Shown here in pieces: positions 37,809-48,098 of a stretch of 64,000 nt of DNA (positions within the stretch are counted from its first letter, which is position 1; the number at the start of each line of letters is the position of its first letter). The stretch spans positions 20,270 to 84,269 of the forward strand of contig CAJBME010000250.1 of NCBI GenBank assembly GCA_903954065.1, read 5' to 3'. A model generated the notes under the pieces. The model searched no databases, was not told where the DNA came from, and worked only from the letters and a program-made list of their open reading frames with translations. Origin of the DNA: an uncultured bacterium (GTDB lineage: Bacteria > Verrucomicrobiota > Verrucomicrobiia > Verrucomicrobiales > V1-33). The position numbers and the translations under genes are program-made.

Positions 37809-38891
37809 TTGGCCACTGAACCCACATCATCCGAGCCGCTCACTCCCTCCGCCGCCCTGTCGACCGCGGATGGAGGTGCCTGTCTGCGCGTCGGACCGGG
37901 CCAGTGGGTTGTCGCCTGTGGACCGTTTCGACAGGCGGCCAGCGTGGCTCCGGGGGAGCTGGCCTTTTACCGCAATGACTTTGCTCTGACGGTGGCGGAG
38001 CCGTGGTTTATCCCGGCGGCGTCATGGGAGCTGGCGGCGCCCCCGGCGGCGCCACAGGAGCTGGCAACGCCATCAGACGACTTGATCATTGGCTGGGAGC
38101 CGCTGGCGCGCGATGGATTTGCTGGGGAACTGGAGACCGTGCTCGCCGGGTTGGGGCAGGGCCGCTGGACTAAGGCCGTGTTGGCTGTCCCCGAAATTGG
38201 CCGTTTGATCAGCGGCGATGCCGCCACCCTCGCTCGGCGCGCCCTGCACCACCGCGAGGCCAGTGTCTGTTGGCCCTACGCTTTCAGTGACCGCCTCGGC
38301 CGCGGCTGCGCTGGCATGACGCCGGAAACACTCTTCACCCTGCGCGGTGAAACCCTGCAAACAATGGCCCTCGCCGGTACCGCCCGTACCGCCGAACAAG
38401 CAGACTTCGAAAACGATGCTAAACAAATTCGCGAACACGAAATCGTGGCGGATTCATTGCGTCGGCGGCTGGCCGCCTGGGGCCGCGTCCGCAGCGGCCC
38501 GCGCGAAGTACTGAACATCGGTGGACTGATCCATTTTATCACCCGCTTTGACGTCAGCCTCGGCCGGACCGTGGATGCTCATGAACTGGTCAAGGCGCTG
38601 CATCCGACCCCCGCCATGGGTATTCTTCCGCGATCAGAGGAAAACCTCGCGGCCCTGCACGCCTGGCGACAGCAGCTCAGCGTGCCCAGCACGTTTGGGG
38701 CTCCGCTCGGAGTCCAGTGGAGCGGCGGTATGCAAATGGTAGTCACTATCCGCGGGCTTTGGTGGGAGCAGGACGCCATCAGCCTGCCCGCCGGATGCGG
38801 CATCGTCGATGGGAGTGAACTGGAACAGGAATGGCGTGAGCTCGGGTTGAAACGCCGGTGGGTGAAACAAGCCTTTGGTTTGGACGCATGA
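37809..38891 (+). CDS. menF: Isochorismate synthase
   Basis: KAVLA, GMTPETL, ALAGT, KQIREHEIV, LHPTPAMG, AGCGIV..S..EQEWRE; first gene of the men cluster. Confidence 0.85.
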   Translation: MATEPTSSEPLTPSAALSTADGGACLRVGPGQWVVACGPFRQAASVAPGELAFYRNDFALTVAEPWFIPAASWELAAPPAAPQELATPSDDLIIGWEPLARDGFAGELETVLAGLGQGRWTKAVLAVPEIGRLISGDAATLARRALHHREASVCWPYAFSDRLGRGCAGMTPETLFTLRGETLQTMALAGTARTAEQADFENDAKQIREHEIVADSLRRRLAAWGRVRSGPREVLNIGGLIHFITRFDVSLGRTVDAHELVKALHPTPAMGILPRSEENLAALHAWRQQLSVPSTFGAPLGVQWSGGMQMVVTIRGLWWEQDAISLPAGCGIVDGSELEQEWRELGLKRRWVKQAFGLDA

Positions 38892-40627
38892 TCGCCACCG
38901 CGCCCACACCCACCCCGGACGGCCCGGACGGCCTGGACGGAACGCTACCGGTGACGCCGGCGAGCAGTGTGCCACTGGCTTGCGCTGTGGTGGCCACGCT
39001 CATGCGTCAGGGCGTGTCTGAGGTGATTGTCTGCGCTGGGGCCCGTAACGCGGTGTTGGTGGCGGTGCTAGCGCGCTCGCCTGGGTTGCGGGTGTGGAGT
39101 TTTCCTGAGGAGCGCAGTGCTGCCTTTTTCGCCCTTGGGCGCACGTTGACTTTGGCGGTTCCGGTGGCGGTGGTGACCACGTCGGGCACGGCGGTGGGCG
39201 AGCTGTTGCCGGCGGCCATGGAAGCGTATTATCAAGGATTGCCTTTGGTGTTGGTGACGGCTGACCGGCCCCGGGCTTATCGTGGCACGGGGGCGCCGCA
39301 GGCGGTGGAGCAGCCGGGGATTTTCACGACTTATGCGGCTTTATGTGGCGATGTGGCCACGCTCGAGGAGTTGGCTGATTTTGAACGGGTGTTGGCTGGA
39401 TGGGATCACGGTTGTCCGGTGCAATTGAATGTGTGTTTGGAAGAACCTTCGGCTTCTGATTTGGCGGGGGCGGCCGGAGTGAGTGGCATTGCCGCGGTGG
39501 CGCGCCCGGCGCGAGCGGTGGCCGATCCGCAGCCGGTGCTGGCCTTTCTGGCGGACCGGGCTGCTGGTCCGCTGCTGGCGGTGGTGGCTGCCCTGCCGAC
39601 GGAAGAGCGCGACGGTGTCAGTCGCTTCCTCCAGCGTCTCGGGTGTCCGGTTTTTGCTGAGGCTACCAGTGGGTTGCGCGAATGTCCGGAACTCGCTCGC
39701 CAGCTGATCCACGGGGGTGAAGCGGCGCTGGCCCGGCAGCGGGCAGGTCGCGTGCTGCGCCTAGGAGGTATTCCCTCAGTGCGCTGGTGGAGGGATTTAG
39801 AAAGGCAGCCTGCGATCCGCGTGTTATCGCTGACATCCACGGGTTTCTCTGGTCTGGCCCGGCTCTCTTCGGTCAGCGGGTTCCCTCGGTGGGATGACTT
39901 GGTGGCGTCGATGGACGGCGGGCCGTCGCTCTCCGGGTTGGAGGCGGCGGGGGAGAATCCGGAAGCGGTTCGAGTGGAACCGGAAGCTGCGGCGAACGGG
40001 CAGACGGCGGCCTTGATGCTGCATCCTGACAGTGAACCGGCCTTGATCCATGCCTTGTCTAGCAGGCTGCCGCATGGCGCGTTGGTTTTTCTGGGTAATA
40101 GCCTGCCCATCCGCGAATGGAATTCCTTTGCCACCACGTGGTCGCGCGGGTTGCGCTGTTATGCCAACCGTGGTGCCAACGGCATTGACGGCTGCCTTTC
40201 CACTTTTCTGGGACTGAGTGCTGATGAGCCGGAGAGCTGGGCCGTCATCGGCGACCTGACCGCGCTTTATGATCTGGCCGCTTTGTGGATCACACCGTCC
40301 CTCGCCCCGGGGCGCCGCCGGATCGTCGTGATCAACAATGGGGGTGGCCGGATTTTTTCCCGGGTCGCCGCCACGCGGGATCTGCCGCCGGAGCAGCGCC
40401 AGCTGATGGAAAACCCGCACGCGCTCAATTTTCACGGATGGGCCGGGATGTTTGGCTGGGCGTACGTGCGAGTGACGGTCGCGGATGATTGGACGGCTGC
40501 GCTCGACCTCGAGGCGACTCATGCCATCATCGAGGTCGTGCCCGACGATGCGGCCACCGCGGCCTTCTGGCAGTTGCTCTCGTCCATGCCTCCGGCGAAG
40601 GGAGGTGCCGCTGCCCCTCAGTCGTAA
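38888..40627 (+). CDS. menD: SEPHCHC synthase MenD
   Basis: EERSAAFFALG, TTSGTAV, LVTADRP, GAPQAVEQ, NRGANGIDG, GDLTALYD, INNGGGRIF. Confidence 0.94.
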   Translation: MIATAPTPTPDGPDGLDGTLPVTPASSVPLACAVVATLMRQGVSEVIVCAGARNAVLVAVLARSPGLRVWSFPEERSAAFFALGRTLTLAVPVAVVTTSGTAVGELLPAAMEAYYQGLPLVLVTADRPRAYRGTGAPQAVEQPGIFTTYAALCGDVATLEELADFERVLAGWDHGCPVQLNVCLEEPSASDLAGAAGVSGIAAVARPARAVADPQPVLAFLADRAAGPLLAVVAALPTEERDGVSRFLQRLGCPVFAEATSGLRECPELARQLIHGGEAALARQRAGRVLRLGGIPSVRWWRDLERQPAIRVLSLTSTGFSGLARLSSVSGFPRWDDLVASMDGGPSLSGLEAAGENPEAVRVEPEAAANGQTAALMLHPDSEPALIHALSSRLPHGALVFLGNSLPIREWNSFATTWSRGLRCYANRGANGIDGCLSTFLGLSADEPESWAVIGDLTALYDLAALWITPSLAPGRRRIVVINNGGGRIFSRVAATRDLPPEQRQLMENPHALNFHGWAGMFGWAYVRVTVADDWTAALDLEATHAIIEVVPDDAATAAFWQLLSSMPPAKGGAAAPQS

Positions 40628-40672
40628 GTACCACTTTCCTGCATCCACCCTTATGCACACTTTTTTCACTTT

Positions 40673-41374
40673 ATGATCTGGGCACTTCACGGGATGGTTG
40701 GCGAACCGGCGGACTGGAATTTTCTTAAATCCACCATGCCAGACATGCGCACGCCGCTACTTTGGGCGGAGGTCGATCGCTTTACGCCATGGGCCTTTCA
40801 ATTTGCCAAAAAAGTGCGCGAAGAAGACCCTCGACCGGTGTTGATGGGGTATTCTATGGGCGGCCGTTTGGCGCTCCATGCGCTGTTGGCTGCGCCCCGG
40901 CTTTTTCGCGCGGCGATCATTGTTTCCGCGCATACGGGCCTCGCGGACCGCGAGATGCGCCAGCGCCGGTGGCGGCAGGACGACGAGTGGGCGAAAAAAC
41001 TGCGTTCGCTTCCGTGGGAGACGTTTTTGCGCATCTGGAACGATCAGGCGGTCTTTGACGGTTCGGCGGCTCCGGGCGAGCGCATTACGACGTTTCGTTG
41101 GCGTCAGGGCATCATCCGATCCTTTGATTGCTGGGGCCTGAGCCGGCAGGAAGACTTGTTGCCCAAACTCAGCGGGCTGCAGATGCCGGTGTTATGGATC
41201 TCGGGCGAGCACGACCCGGTTTATAGTGAACTGGGCCGGGAAGCGGTGGCGTGTTTGCCTCAGGCCCGCCATGTAGTCATCCCTTCGGCCGGTCACCGCG
41301 TACCATGGGAGGCACAAGAGGCCTTTACCGCGGCGGTAACGGCATTTCTTTCCTCAGAAAACCTGCTTACCTGA
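40673..41374 (+). CDS. menH: SHCHC synthase MenH (alpha/beta hydrolase)
   Basis: [20 protein letters not shown]; located between menD and menB. Confidence 0.88.
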   Translation: MIWALHGMVGEPADWNFLKSTMPDMRTPLLWAEVDRFTPWAFQFAKKVREEDPRPVLMGYSMGGRLALHALLAAPRLFRAAIIVSAHTGLADREMRQRRWRQDDEWAKKLRSLPWETFLRIWNDQAVFDGSAAPGERITTFRWRQGIIRSFDCWGLSRQEDLLPKLSGLQMPVLWISGEHDPVYSELGREAVACLPQARHVVIPSAGHRVPWEAQEAFTAAVTAFLSSENLLT

Positions 41375-41381
41375 TCCCACC

Positions 41382-42194
41382 ATGTGGCACAACGTCCAGA
41401 ACTTCACCGACATCACCTATCATAAATCCGAAGATGGCATTGCCAAAATCACGATCAACCGGCCCGAAGTGCGCAATGCCTTCCGTCCGCTGACTGTGCA
41501 GGAATTGCTGGCGGCTTTTGACCTCGCTCACGAAGACCCCGCCGTCGGCGTCATCATCCTCACCGGGGCCGGTGACCTCGCCTTCTGCTCCGGCGGTGAT
41601 CAAAAAGTCCGCGGCCACGCCGGCTACATCGGCTCGGACGGCGTGCCCCGTCTCAATGTGCTGGACCTCCAGAAAAAAATCCGCTCCATCCCCAAACCCG
41701 TCATCGCCATGGTCGCCGGCTACGCCATCGGCGGTGGACACGTCCTCCACATCGTCTGCGACCTCACCATCGCCGCCGATAATGCCCGCTTCGGACAAAC
41801 CGGGCCGAAAGTCGGATCGTTCGACGGCGGCCTCGGATCTAGTTACCTCGCCCGGATCGTCGGACAAAAAAAAGCCCGCGAAATTTGGTACCTCTGCCGC
41901 CAGTACGACGCCCACCAAGCGCTCGAGATGGGCCTCGTCAATACCGTGGTCCCACTCGCCGACCTCGAAACCGAAACCGTCCAGTGGTGCCGGGAAATCC
42001 TCCAGCACAGCCCGCTCGCCCTGCGCTGCCTGAAATCCGCGCTCAATGCCGATTGCGACGGCCAGATGGGACTGCTCGACCTCGCCGGCAACGCCACCCT
42101 GCTCTATTACATGAGCGAGGAAGCGAAGGAAGGGAAACAAGCATTCATCGAAAAACGAAAGCCAGACTTTGGGAAGTTTCCTCGCGTGCCGTAG
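41382..42194 (+). CDS. menB: 1,4-dihydroxy-2-naphthoyl-CoA synthase
   Basis: [39 protein letters not shown]. Confidence 0.97.
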   Translation: MWHNVQNFTDITYHKSEDGIAKITINRPEVRNAFRPLTVQELLAAFDLAHEDPAVGVIILTGAGDLAFCSGGDQKVRGHAGYIGSDGVPRLNVLDLQKKIRSIPKPVIAMVAGYAIGGGHVLHIVCDLTIAADNARFGQTGPKVGSFDGGLGSSYLARIVGQKKAREIWYLCRQYDAHQALEMGLVNTVVPLADLETETVQWCREILQHSPLALRCLKSALNADCDGQMGLLDLAGNATLLYYMSEEAKEGKQAFIEKRKPDFGKFPRVP

Positions 42195-42432
42195 GCGCGC
42201 TGGCGACCGTCAGCCTCCGGAGGAAGTAGGTTCTATATCGCCCCCGTAGTGCGCCACAGGATCTGCTTATAACTAGGGGCAGGCTCTCCGTTACCCCTCC
42301 CATCCTCATTTCACACGGATCGGTATGAGGGCTTTGATCGATTCGTTCACATTCGGCGGTGGCTTCCGCTCCCACCCGAACCGCCTGCCCGGCCTGTGGG
42401 GGGGGCGGCGGCGGCTGACGCTCTGTGGACGG

Positions 42433-44643
42433 TTAGGGTTGTTGCTGGACGCGGTAGAACCGTGCGGAATCAGCGGTCGTGAGGCTGGTATCGGTGAAGC
42501 TGGTTTCAGCGCTGGTGGCGGTGATTCCGGTTTGCAGAGTGGTCCAGACGCCGAGGGTGGTGGACGATTGGACGGCGTATTTTTGGCCGGCTACCGATGA
42601 CCATTTGAGTTCGACTGGCGACGGTCCGCCGGCGGCGGGTGGAAGCAGGCTCAGGCTGGTGATGACGAGCGGGGTGGTGGGAGGGAGGGCCGACTCGCTG
42701 TAGATGCCGAAGTCATCGACGCCCCAGTACCAGCTGGCGGTGCCGGTGTGGGTGAAGCGAAAGCTGACGCGGGCCTGATTGTCGACGCCGGCGACGCGGA
42801 AGCGCTCGTAGCGTTTGCTTTCGATCGGATCGTCATTGAGGCGACCGCTGATGAATGGGCCGAGGTTATCAAGTGGGCGAGCGAGGATGAAGTCGGCATA
42901 GCTGCCGAGGGGGATGCGTTCGCCGTCTTCCCCGATGATGCGGGCCAAGTCTCCGTAGGGGGTGGTGAGGGTGGCGATCGTATCCACGGTGCCGTCTGGT
43001 TTCCGCAGGATGTCGCTGGCATCGATCATGTACACAATCGGCTGCCAAGAGGTTCCGCCGTCGGTCGAGTATTCGAGTCCGCCGAAGCTGTCTTGATTTT
43101 GTTCGTAGTTGCTGCGGAAGGCGACCCAGATTCCTGAGCGGCCGGTCAGATTGTATTCCGGCGTGGTGATGAACATAATTTGCTGGCCGCTTTGAGTGTC
43201 GCTTTCGCCGAACAGACTCTGGCCATCGAGGGCTTGCGGCACTTGGGTGCGTCGTCCGCCGAGTCCGCCGAGCGTATCCGTGCTGGCCACGAACCACCCT
43301 GGATACGTCAGCTCATCGGATTGATTTTCAGCGGTCCAGCCCGCAGGGGTTTCGAATTCCGTTGTGCTTTCAAAGTTTTCGAAGGTACCTGGAACCAGCT
43401 GAGGAAAGGTGGAGCTCAGGTTTATGAGGGCAGGCTCGGCAAAGGCTGATTTGTTGGCGAATTGGTCTTGATGACGCACGGTGACGCGTAGCGACTGGCC
43501 GGGGAAAAACCTTTCTAGGCCAAGCGCCAACGAAGTGAGGGCGGTTGTCGAGGAGATTTCCTGCAGCGGGGCGGCGAAGCCGGTTTCAGGAGTGAAAGCG
43601 GCGCCCTCGAGGGCGACCTGCCAGACGCTGAGCGCGTGCTTTTGGCCAGGATCGGCGGCGGCGAAGGCCGGGGTGGTGACGGTCACATTGGAGCTGAAGA
43701 AGGAAGCTGACGCTGGGGCGGTCACACTGGGGCGCTGGGGCGCCGATTTTGGTGGGATGGAGTAGAGTCCGATGTTGTCCAACCCCCAGTACCAGCTGCC
43801 GGTGCCGGCATGGGCGAAGCGCAGGCGGACCGCGGACTGGCTGTCGGCGGCCGCGAGGCGGTAGACTTCGACCCGTTTTGATTCGGTGGTATTGTCATTG
43901 ACGCGTCCTTGGATGAAGGGAGCGAGCTCCGGTGAGATGGGGGCCTTGATAAAGCTGCCGTAGGTTCCGCCGAAAAACTCACCATCGAGGTTGCTGTAAG
44001 TGGCCACGTCACCATGATTTGTCATCAATGTGGATTCAGCATCGACGTTGCCGAATTCATCGCGGACGATGTCATCGCGATCGATGAGGTAGGCGATGGG
44101 CAACCATGTTTCGCCGCGGTCGACTGAATATTCGACCGCTCCCATGCTGTCCTGATTTTGTTCATAGGCGCTGTAAAAGACGAGGGTGACGCCCGTTTTG
44201 CCGGTGCAGTTGAAGTCTGGTGATTCGAGAAACTGAACTTGTGATCCGCCGCGTGTGTCGGATTCGGCATAAATGAAGTTATCTTGGAGCAGGGCGGTGA
44301 CGGCGGTGCCGTTGATCATCTGGCCGGGGGCTACCTGTAGTCTGCGCGAGGCCTCGAGCGGCAGAGAAAGTAGGCGGTTTGTGTTGATGACGAGCCAGTT
44401 GGCGTATGATAAGGAGGTGGGGTCATCTAAACTCGGCTCCAGATTTATCTCGCTGGTAAAGTTGGTGACGGTCCACCCTGCGGCTGAAAGGTCAGCGCCT
44501 TCGGCAAAGCTTTGAAAATCCTCGAAGGCGCCGGCGATGGGGGCCGGTAGGGTGAGATTCGTCTGGGCAGTGAGCGAACCGGCAGCGAAGGCGGCGAGGC
44601 ATGGAGCCAGCACGCTGGCCAGCCGATGAGTTGATGTCTTCAT
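42433..44643 (-). CDS. Secreted protein with two tandem jelly-roll-like repeats, an FN3-like linker and a C-terminal motif
   Basis: Signal peptide. Duplicated ESDT..YEQNQDS..EYSxDxG..GRxND..ESKR..SWYWGxDxxGxYS. Ends ARFYRVQQQP. Confidence 0.8.
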   Translation of the reverse strand: MKTSTHRLASVLAPCLAAFAAGSLTAQTNLTLPAPIAGAFEDFQSFAEGADLSAAGWTVTNFTSEINLEPSLDDPTSLSYANWLVINTNRLLSLPLEASRRLQVAPGQMINGTAVTALLQDNFIYAESDTRGGSQVQFLESPDFNCTGKTGVTLVFYSAYEQNQDSMGAVEYSVDRGETWLPIAYLIDRDDIVRDEFGNVDAESTLMTNHGDVATYSNLDGEFFGGTYGSFIKAPISPELAPFIQGRVNDNTTESKRVEVYRLAAADSQSAVRLRFAHAGTGSWYWGLDNIGLYSIPPKSAPQRPSVTAPASASFFSSNVTVTTPAFAAADPGQKHALSVWQVALEGAAFTPETGFAAPLQEISSTTALTSLALGLERFFPGQSLRVTVRHQDQFANKSAFAEPALINLSSTFPQLVPGTFENFESTTEFETPAGWTAENQSDELTYPGWFVASTDTLGGLGGRRTQVPQALDGQSLFGESDTQSGQQIMFITTPEYNLTGRSGIWVAFRSNYEQNQDSFGGLEYSTDGGTSWQPIVYMIDASDILRKPDGTVDTIATLTTPYGDLARIIGEDGERIPLGSYADFILARPLDNLGPFISGRLNDDPIESKRYERFRVAGVDNQARVSFRFTHTGTASWYWGVDDFGIYSESALPPTTPLVITSLSLLPPAAGGPSPVELKWSSVAGQKYAVQSSTTLGVWTTLQTGITATSAETSFTDTSLTTADSARFYRVQQQP

Positions 44644-44680
44644 GGGTGACCAGTTATTGAGCCGGGAGGTGCTCAGCGCA

Positions 44681-44696
44681 CGCAACCTTTTCGCCA
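44681..44696 (-). promoter_or_regulatory. Candidate sigma54 promoter
   Basis: Minus strand TGGCGAAAAGGTTGCG with GG-N10-GC spacing, about 40 bp before the ATG at 44643. Confidence 0.45.
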
Positions 44697-44940
44697 CATA
44701 GTTTCTCACGAAGTGTCATGAGTCATGATCGCGGCCGAATACGCTGGTCGATATGTTAGGAGAGTCGATAGCGCGTATTTCTATAACATGGCGATGGCTG
44801 CCGCCATGTTTTGTGCCTGTGGTGGGTGCTCCGGCGTGCCGGGTGCAGGCGTGCGCACGCGCACGCGTTGCTGTGAGCAGGGTTGACGTCAGCGGGGGCG
44901 CTGCCAGCGGGGATGATGCCCGCGCGGTTGCTGTCGGGCT

Positions 44941-46068
44941 TTAGGAGGCTGTGCCGTCGGGGCTGAGGCATGTTTCTGCCATCCCGAATGACAAAGTCAT
45001 GCCGGCGCCGCCGAGGCCGTTGAGGATAGTCACACCTGGTTCGGGATGGTGGAGGAACCATGCGTGATCGCCGGGCATTTTGGCATAGAGGCCGTGCCAA
45101 CTTTCCTGAATTTCCGAGTTGGGCAGGAGGCAGAATGTTTCGAGGTAGCGCAGCACCAATTGGTTTAGATCGGTGCGGTCGAATGGGTCATGGTGCAGGC
45201 CGTATTCGTGGGTATCGCCGAGGGTGATTTCGCCCGCCTGATTTTGGGAAACGAGAACGTGGATGCCGTGGCGGAGGTACTCTGGTGATTCTTTTTCGAA
45301 GCGGTTGACGAGGGCGGCTCGTGACGGCAGGGTGGCGAATGACTTGTAGTGGGTGAGGGTGAGTCCGGCGCAGAGCGAAGCGCCGATGTTGGCGGGCTGG
45401 GCCTGGGTGCGCATCATTTGGAGCTTGCAGCGGGTGATACCGCTCTGAGCGAGGACGGCGGGGTACAGCGTTTCGAAATCTTGACCCGAGCAGATGACAA
45501 TGGTGTTGGCTTCGTGGACGTGGCCGTCTGCGGTGTGGACCTCGCCGGAGCGAACTCGGGTGGCGGCCACTCCAAATTGAAAAGTGATGCCGTATTTTTC
45601 GGCGAGGAACGCTGGAAGTTTGAGCAAGGCCTCGCGGGGGTCGACGATCAGTTCGTCGCTGCTCCAGAGGGCCGCTTGCAGTCCCTCGAGGACGGCCACG
45701 GAGGATTTATCCCGGACTTGGTGTTTTGGCAGCAGGGCTAGGGACGGGCGGTCGGCGTGGTTAGCCGCGAAGAATTCTTCCAAGACGGCTTGTTCATCAT
45801 CGTGGTACGCGAGGTGGAGCGATCCGTTTTCCTGATGCCAGATGCCGGCTTCGGTGCAGATTTCTTTCCAGATGGCGCGGCTGCGCATGGCGGTGGCGTA
45901 GAGCGGGCCGGCGGGCTGGCCGACGGGCCAAATCATGCCAAAATTGCGCACACTGGCTCCGGCGGCTTGGCGGCTGCGTTCGATAACGGTGACGGAATAT
46001 CCGCGGCTGGCTAGGGCCCGGGCGGTGGCGAGGCCGACGATGCCGGCTCCGATGACGATGGCTTTCAT
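44941..46068 (-). CDS. FAD-dependent oxidoreductase of phosphonate catabolism clusters (TIGR03364-like)
   Basis: GAGIVG, GASVRNFGMIWP, CKLQMMRT, GDTHEYG, GGAGMT; phosphonate gene context. Confidence 0.85.
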   Translation of the reverse strand: MKAIVIGAGIVGLATARALASRGYSVTVIERSRQAAGASVRNFGMIWPVGQPAGPLYATAMRSRAIWKEICTEAGIWHQENGSLHLAYHDDEQAVLEEFFAANHADRPSLALLPKHQVRDKSSVAVLEGLQAALWSSDELIVDPREALLKLPAFLAEKYGITFQFGVAATRVRSGEVHTADGHVHEANTIVICSGQDFETLYPAVLAQSGITRCKLQMMRTQAQPANIGASLCAGLTLTHYKSFATLPSRAALVNRFEKESPEYLRHGIHVLVSQNQAGEITLGDTHEYGLHHDPFDRTDLNQLVLRYLETFCLLPNSEIQESWHGLYAKMPGDHAWFLHHPEPGVTILNGLGGAGMTLSFGMAETCLSPDGTAS

Positions 46069-47330
46069 GGGGTGGATGGTTGTTTGGGCCAAAAGTAGGC
46101 GGCGGACAGGCCGATCAGCGCCAGTCCAAGCAGGCCGGCGCCAAGGTTGGCGGTGATCAAAAACTGACTCCAGGCCATTTCAAGGCCCGAGCATTCTTTC
46201 ATAAGGAGCACGGCTATGCTGCCCAAATAACCAATCGCGTCTGCGACGTACATAATGAAGCCGACATTTCCCGGCTGGCGGTAGGTGGCAATCAGCCGCT
46301 CAAAAATCAGGCAGTTGAACGGCACGTACGCGAGGTAAAGGCCAATGCCGTCAAGCATGGCCCAGAGCGGAGCACTGATGTGGTTTTGGGAAAAAAGGAA
46401 GGTGCTGGCAAAGACGACAAGGAGACCTATAAGAATGATTAAATGATTGAGGAAGAAAGCTTTGCGATTATTCTGAACGAGTACTAAAAGACTCATGCTG
46501 GCCAGGATAACGATGGTGGCGGGCAGTTCGGTCTTGGCGAAGAGGGCGGATTGGCCGCCATAACCAAGCTCCTTCCATACTTCTGCGGCAAAGTTGTCGC
46601 GCAGATCGCGCAGGACGGTCAGGAGCAGGTAGGCGGCCACCAGCAGGGTGAGACCTGGCATGAATCTCTGGAGAAATGCCCGGCGTTCCAGTCGGGTCAT
46701 GGGCCGTCGTTCGGCGCGTGCGGCATGGTCGAGGGCGCTGGGAGGAGGTGTTAGGTTTAACAGCCAGGCCAATCCGGCGAGTGGGGCGATAAAAATCGCC
46801 CCGGTCATGAAGGGCATCCACAGCGCGCTGACACCCCAGTCAGTCATGAGCCAGCTGCCGACGCTTTTGACCAGCCCGGAGGCAAAAATAAGGGTGCTGG
46901 ACAGCACGACACCGAGGAGTTCGGTCGAGCGGCGTCCTTCAAGATAGCTGAAAACGATCCCCCAAATCAGTCCTAAGGGAAGGCCATTGAGCAGCATAAA
47001 TCCGATGTTCCACGGGGGTGGGACAAGGGCGAATCCCAGCAATGCCAGCCAGGCGGCGCTGATCAGTATGATAATGCTCTGGCAGCGCCCCTCGGGTTTA
47101 AGTTCCGAGATGAAGCGGATGCCGTAGAACTTGCTGGCCATGTACCCAAGTGCTTGCGCCACCACCAGCCATATTTTGTAGGCGATGCCGGCGTAGACCA
47201 GTCCATCGAAGGTGGCGGCGGTGAACGGCTTGCGGAAGGCGTACATGCATGTGTACGCCGCGGCCGCGGTGAGGGCGGCCATGAGAATCGGCGACGAGTG
47301 ACGGCCGGCCGCCGGTCCATGGTGCAGCAT
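46065..47330 (-). CDS. MFS-like permease (DUF5690-like), putative phosphonate transporter
   Basis: Polytopic; YTCMYAFRKPF, YLEGRR, LRDLRDNF, FERLIA, GFIMYVADAIGYLGS. Overlaps the oxidase start. Confidence 0.8.
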   Translation of the reverse strand: MLHHGPAAGRHSSPILMAALTAAAAYTCMYAFRKPFTAATFDGLVYAGIAYKIWLVVAQALGYMASKFYGIRFISELKPEGRCQSIIILISAAWLALLGFALVPPPWNIGFMLLNGLPLGLIWGIVFSYLEGRRSTELLGVVLSSTLIFASGLVKSVGSWLMTDWGVSALWMPFMTGAIFIAPLAGLAWLLNLTPPPSALDHAARAERRPMTRLERRAFLQRFMPGLTLLVAAYLLLTVLRDLRDNFAAEVWKELGYGGQSALFAKTELPATIVILASMSLLVLVQNNRKAFFLNHLIILIGLLVVFASTFLFSQNHISAPLWAMLDGIGLYLAYVPFNCLIFERLIATYRQPGNVGFIMYVADAIGYLGSIAVLLMKECSGLEMAWSQFLITANLGAGLLGLALIGLSAAYFWPKQPSTP

Positions 47331-47369
47331 AGTAGGGTAAAGGAGATGGGGTGAGCGGTCCGGGGGATG

Positions 47370-48074
47370 TCAGTTTCCAGCGGTCAGTTTGGAAGCCGGA
47401 TGGCTCGATATCGCCTGCACCACATCCCAAAGGTCATCGACAAGGTGGGTGTGGGGGTGGGCTTCCAGTTCGGTCCGGGTGTGCGAGCCGCTGGTCAGTC
47501 CAATGACCCAGCCGCAGCTGGCGTTGGTTCCCTCGTGCAGATCGGCGGGGGTATCACCGACTTTGGCCACCTGAGCCGGATCCGTGATGCCAAAGGTGTG
47601 CATGAGGAATTGGATCATGTCCGGGTGCGGTCGGCCTTCTGGCACCTGATCGGCGCTGACCCATCCATCGACGACGTCTTGCCATTGGAGGCGGTCGATG
47701 ATGATTTGGGTGATGTCCGAGGAGAATCCGGTGTTGAGAGCGACCTTGATGCCGAGGGTGCGCAACGTGCGGAGGGTGCGTTCGGCGGAAGGGGTGGGCC
47801 TCACGTCAGGGCTCGTTGTGTAGTGATGGCGCATGATGGTGCCGAACTCTTGGAAGATGGCATCGATATCTTGCGCCGAGGGGGTCAGGTGCAGCGTGGT
47901 GGTCAGCAGAGTGTGAATGGCCACGGGTTTGGGGATGCCCATGACGCTGTTGGCATGCTCGCGGTTGATGGTATGGCCGAAGCGAGCCAAGGCGCTGATG
48001 AGGGCCTCGTGCACGTTGTCGCTGTCGTGGACAGTGGTGCCGGCCATGTCAAAGACGATGAGTTCTACAGACAT
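47370..48074 (-). CDS. Phosphonatase-like HAD hydrolase (PhnX-like)
   Basis: FDMAGTTV, MGIPK (Schiff-base Lys position), NTGF, GRPHPDMI, KVGDTPADL.EG. Confidence 0.85.
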   Translation of the reverse strand: MSVELIVFDMAGTTVHDSDNVHEALISALARFGHTINREHANSVMGIPKPVAIHTLLTTTLHLTPSAQDIDAIFQEFGTIMRHHYTTSPDVRPTPSAERTLRTLRTLGIKVALNTGFSSDITQIIIDRLQWQDVVDGWVSADQVPEGRPHPDMIQFLMHTFGITDPAQVAKVGDTPADLHEGTNASCGWVIGLTSGSHTRTELEAHPHTHLVDDLWDVVQAISSHPASKLTAGN

Positions 48075-48098
48075 TGAATTTTTTTGGGGAGCAGGTTT

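Noticed and set aside
37809-42194. Menaquinone cluster lacking menC/menE/menA
   Set aside because: Split men operons are common, and the missing genes may lie outside the window.
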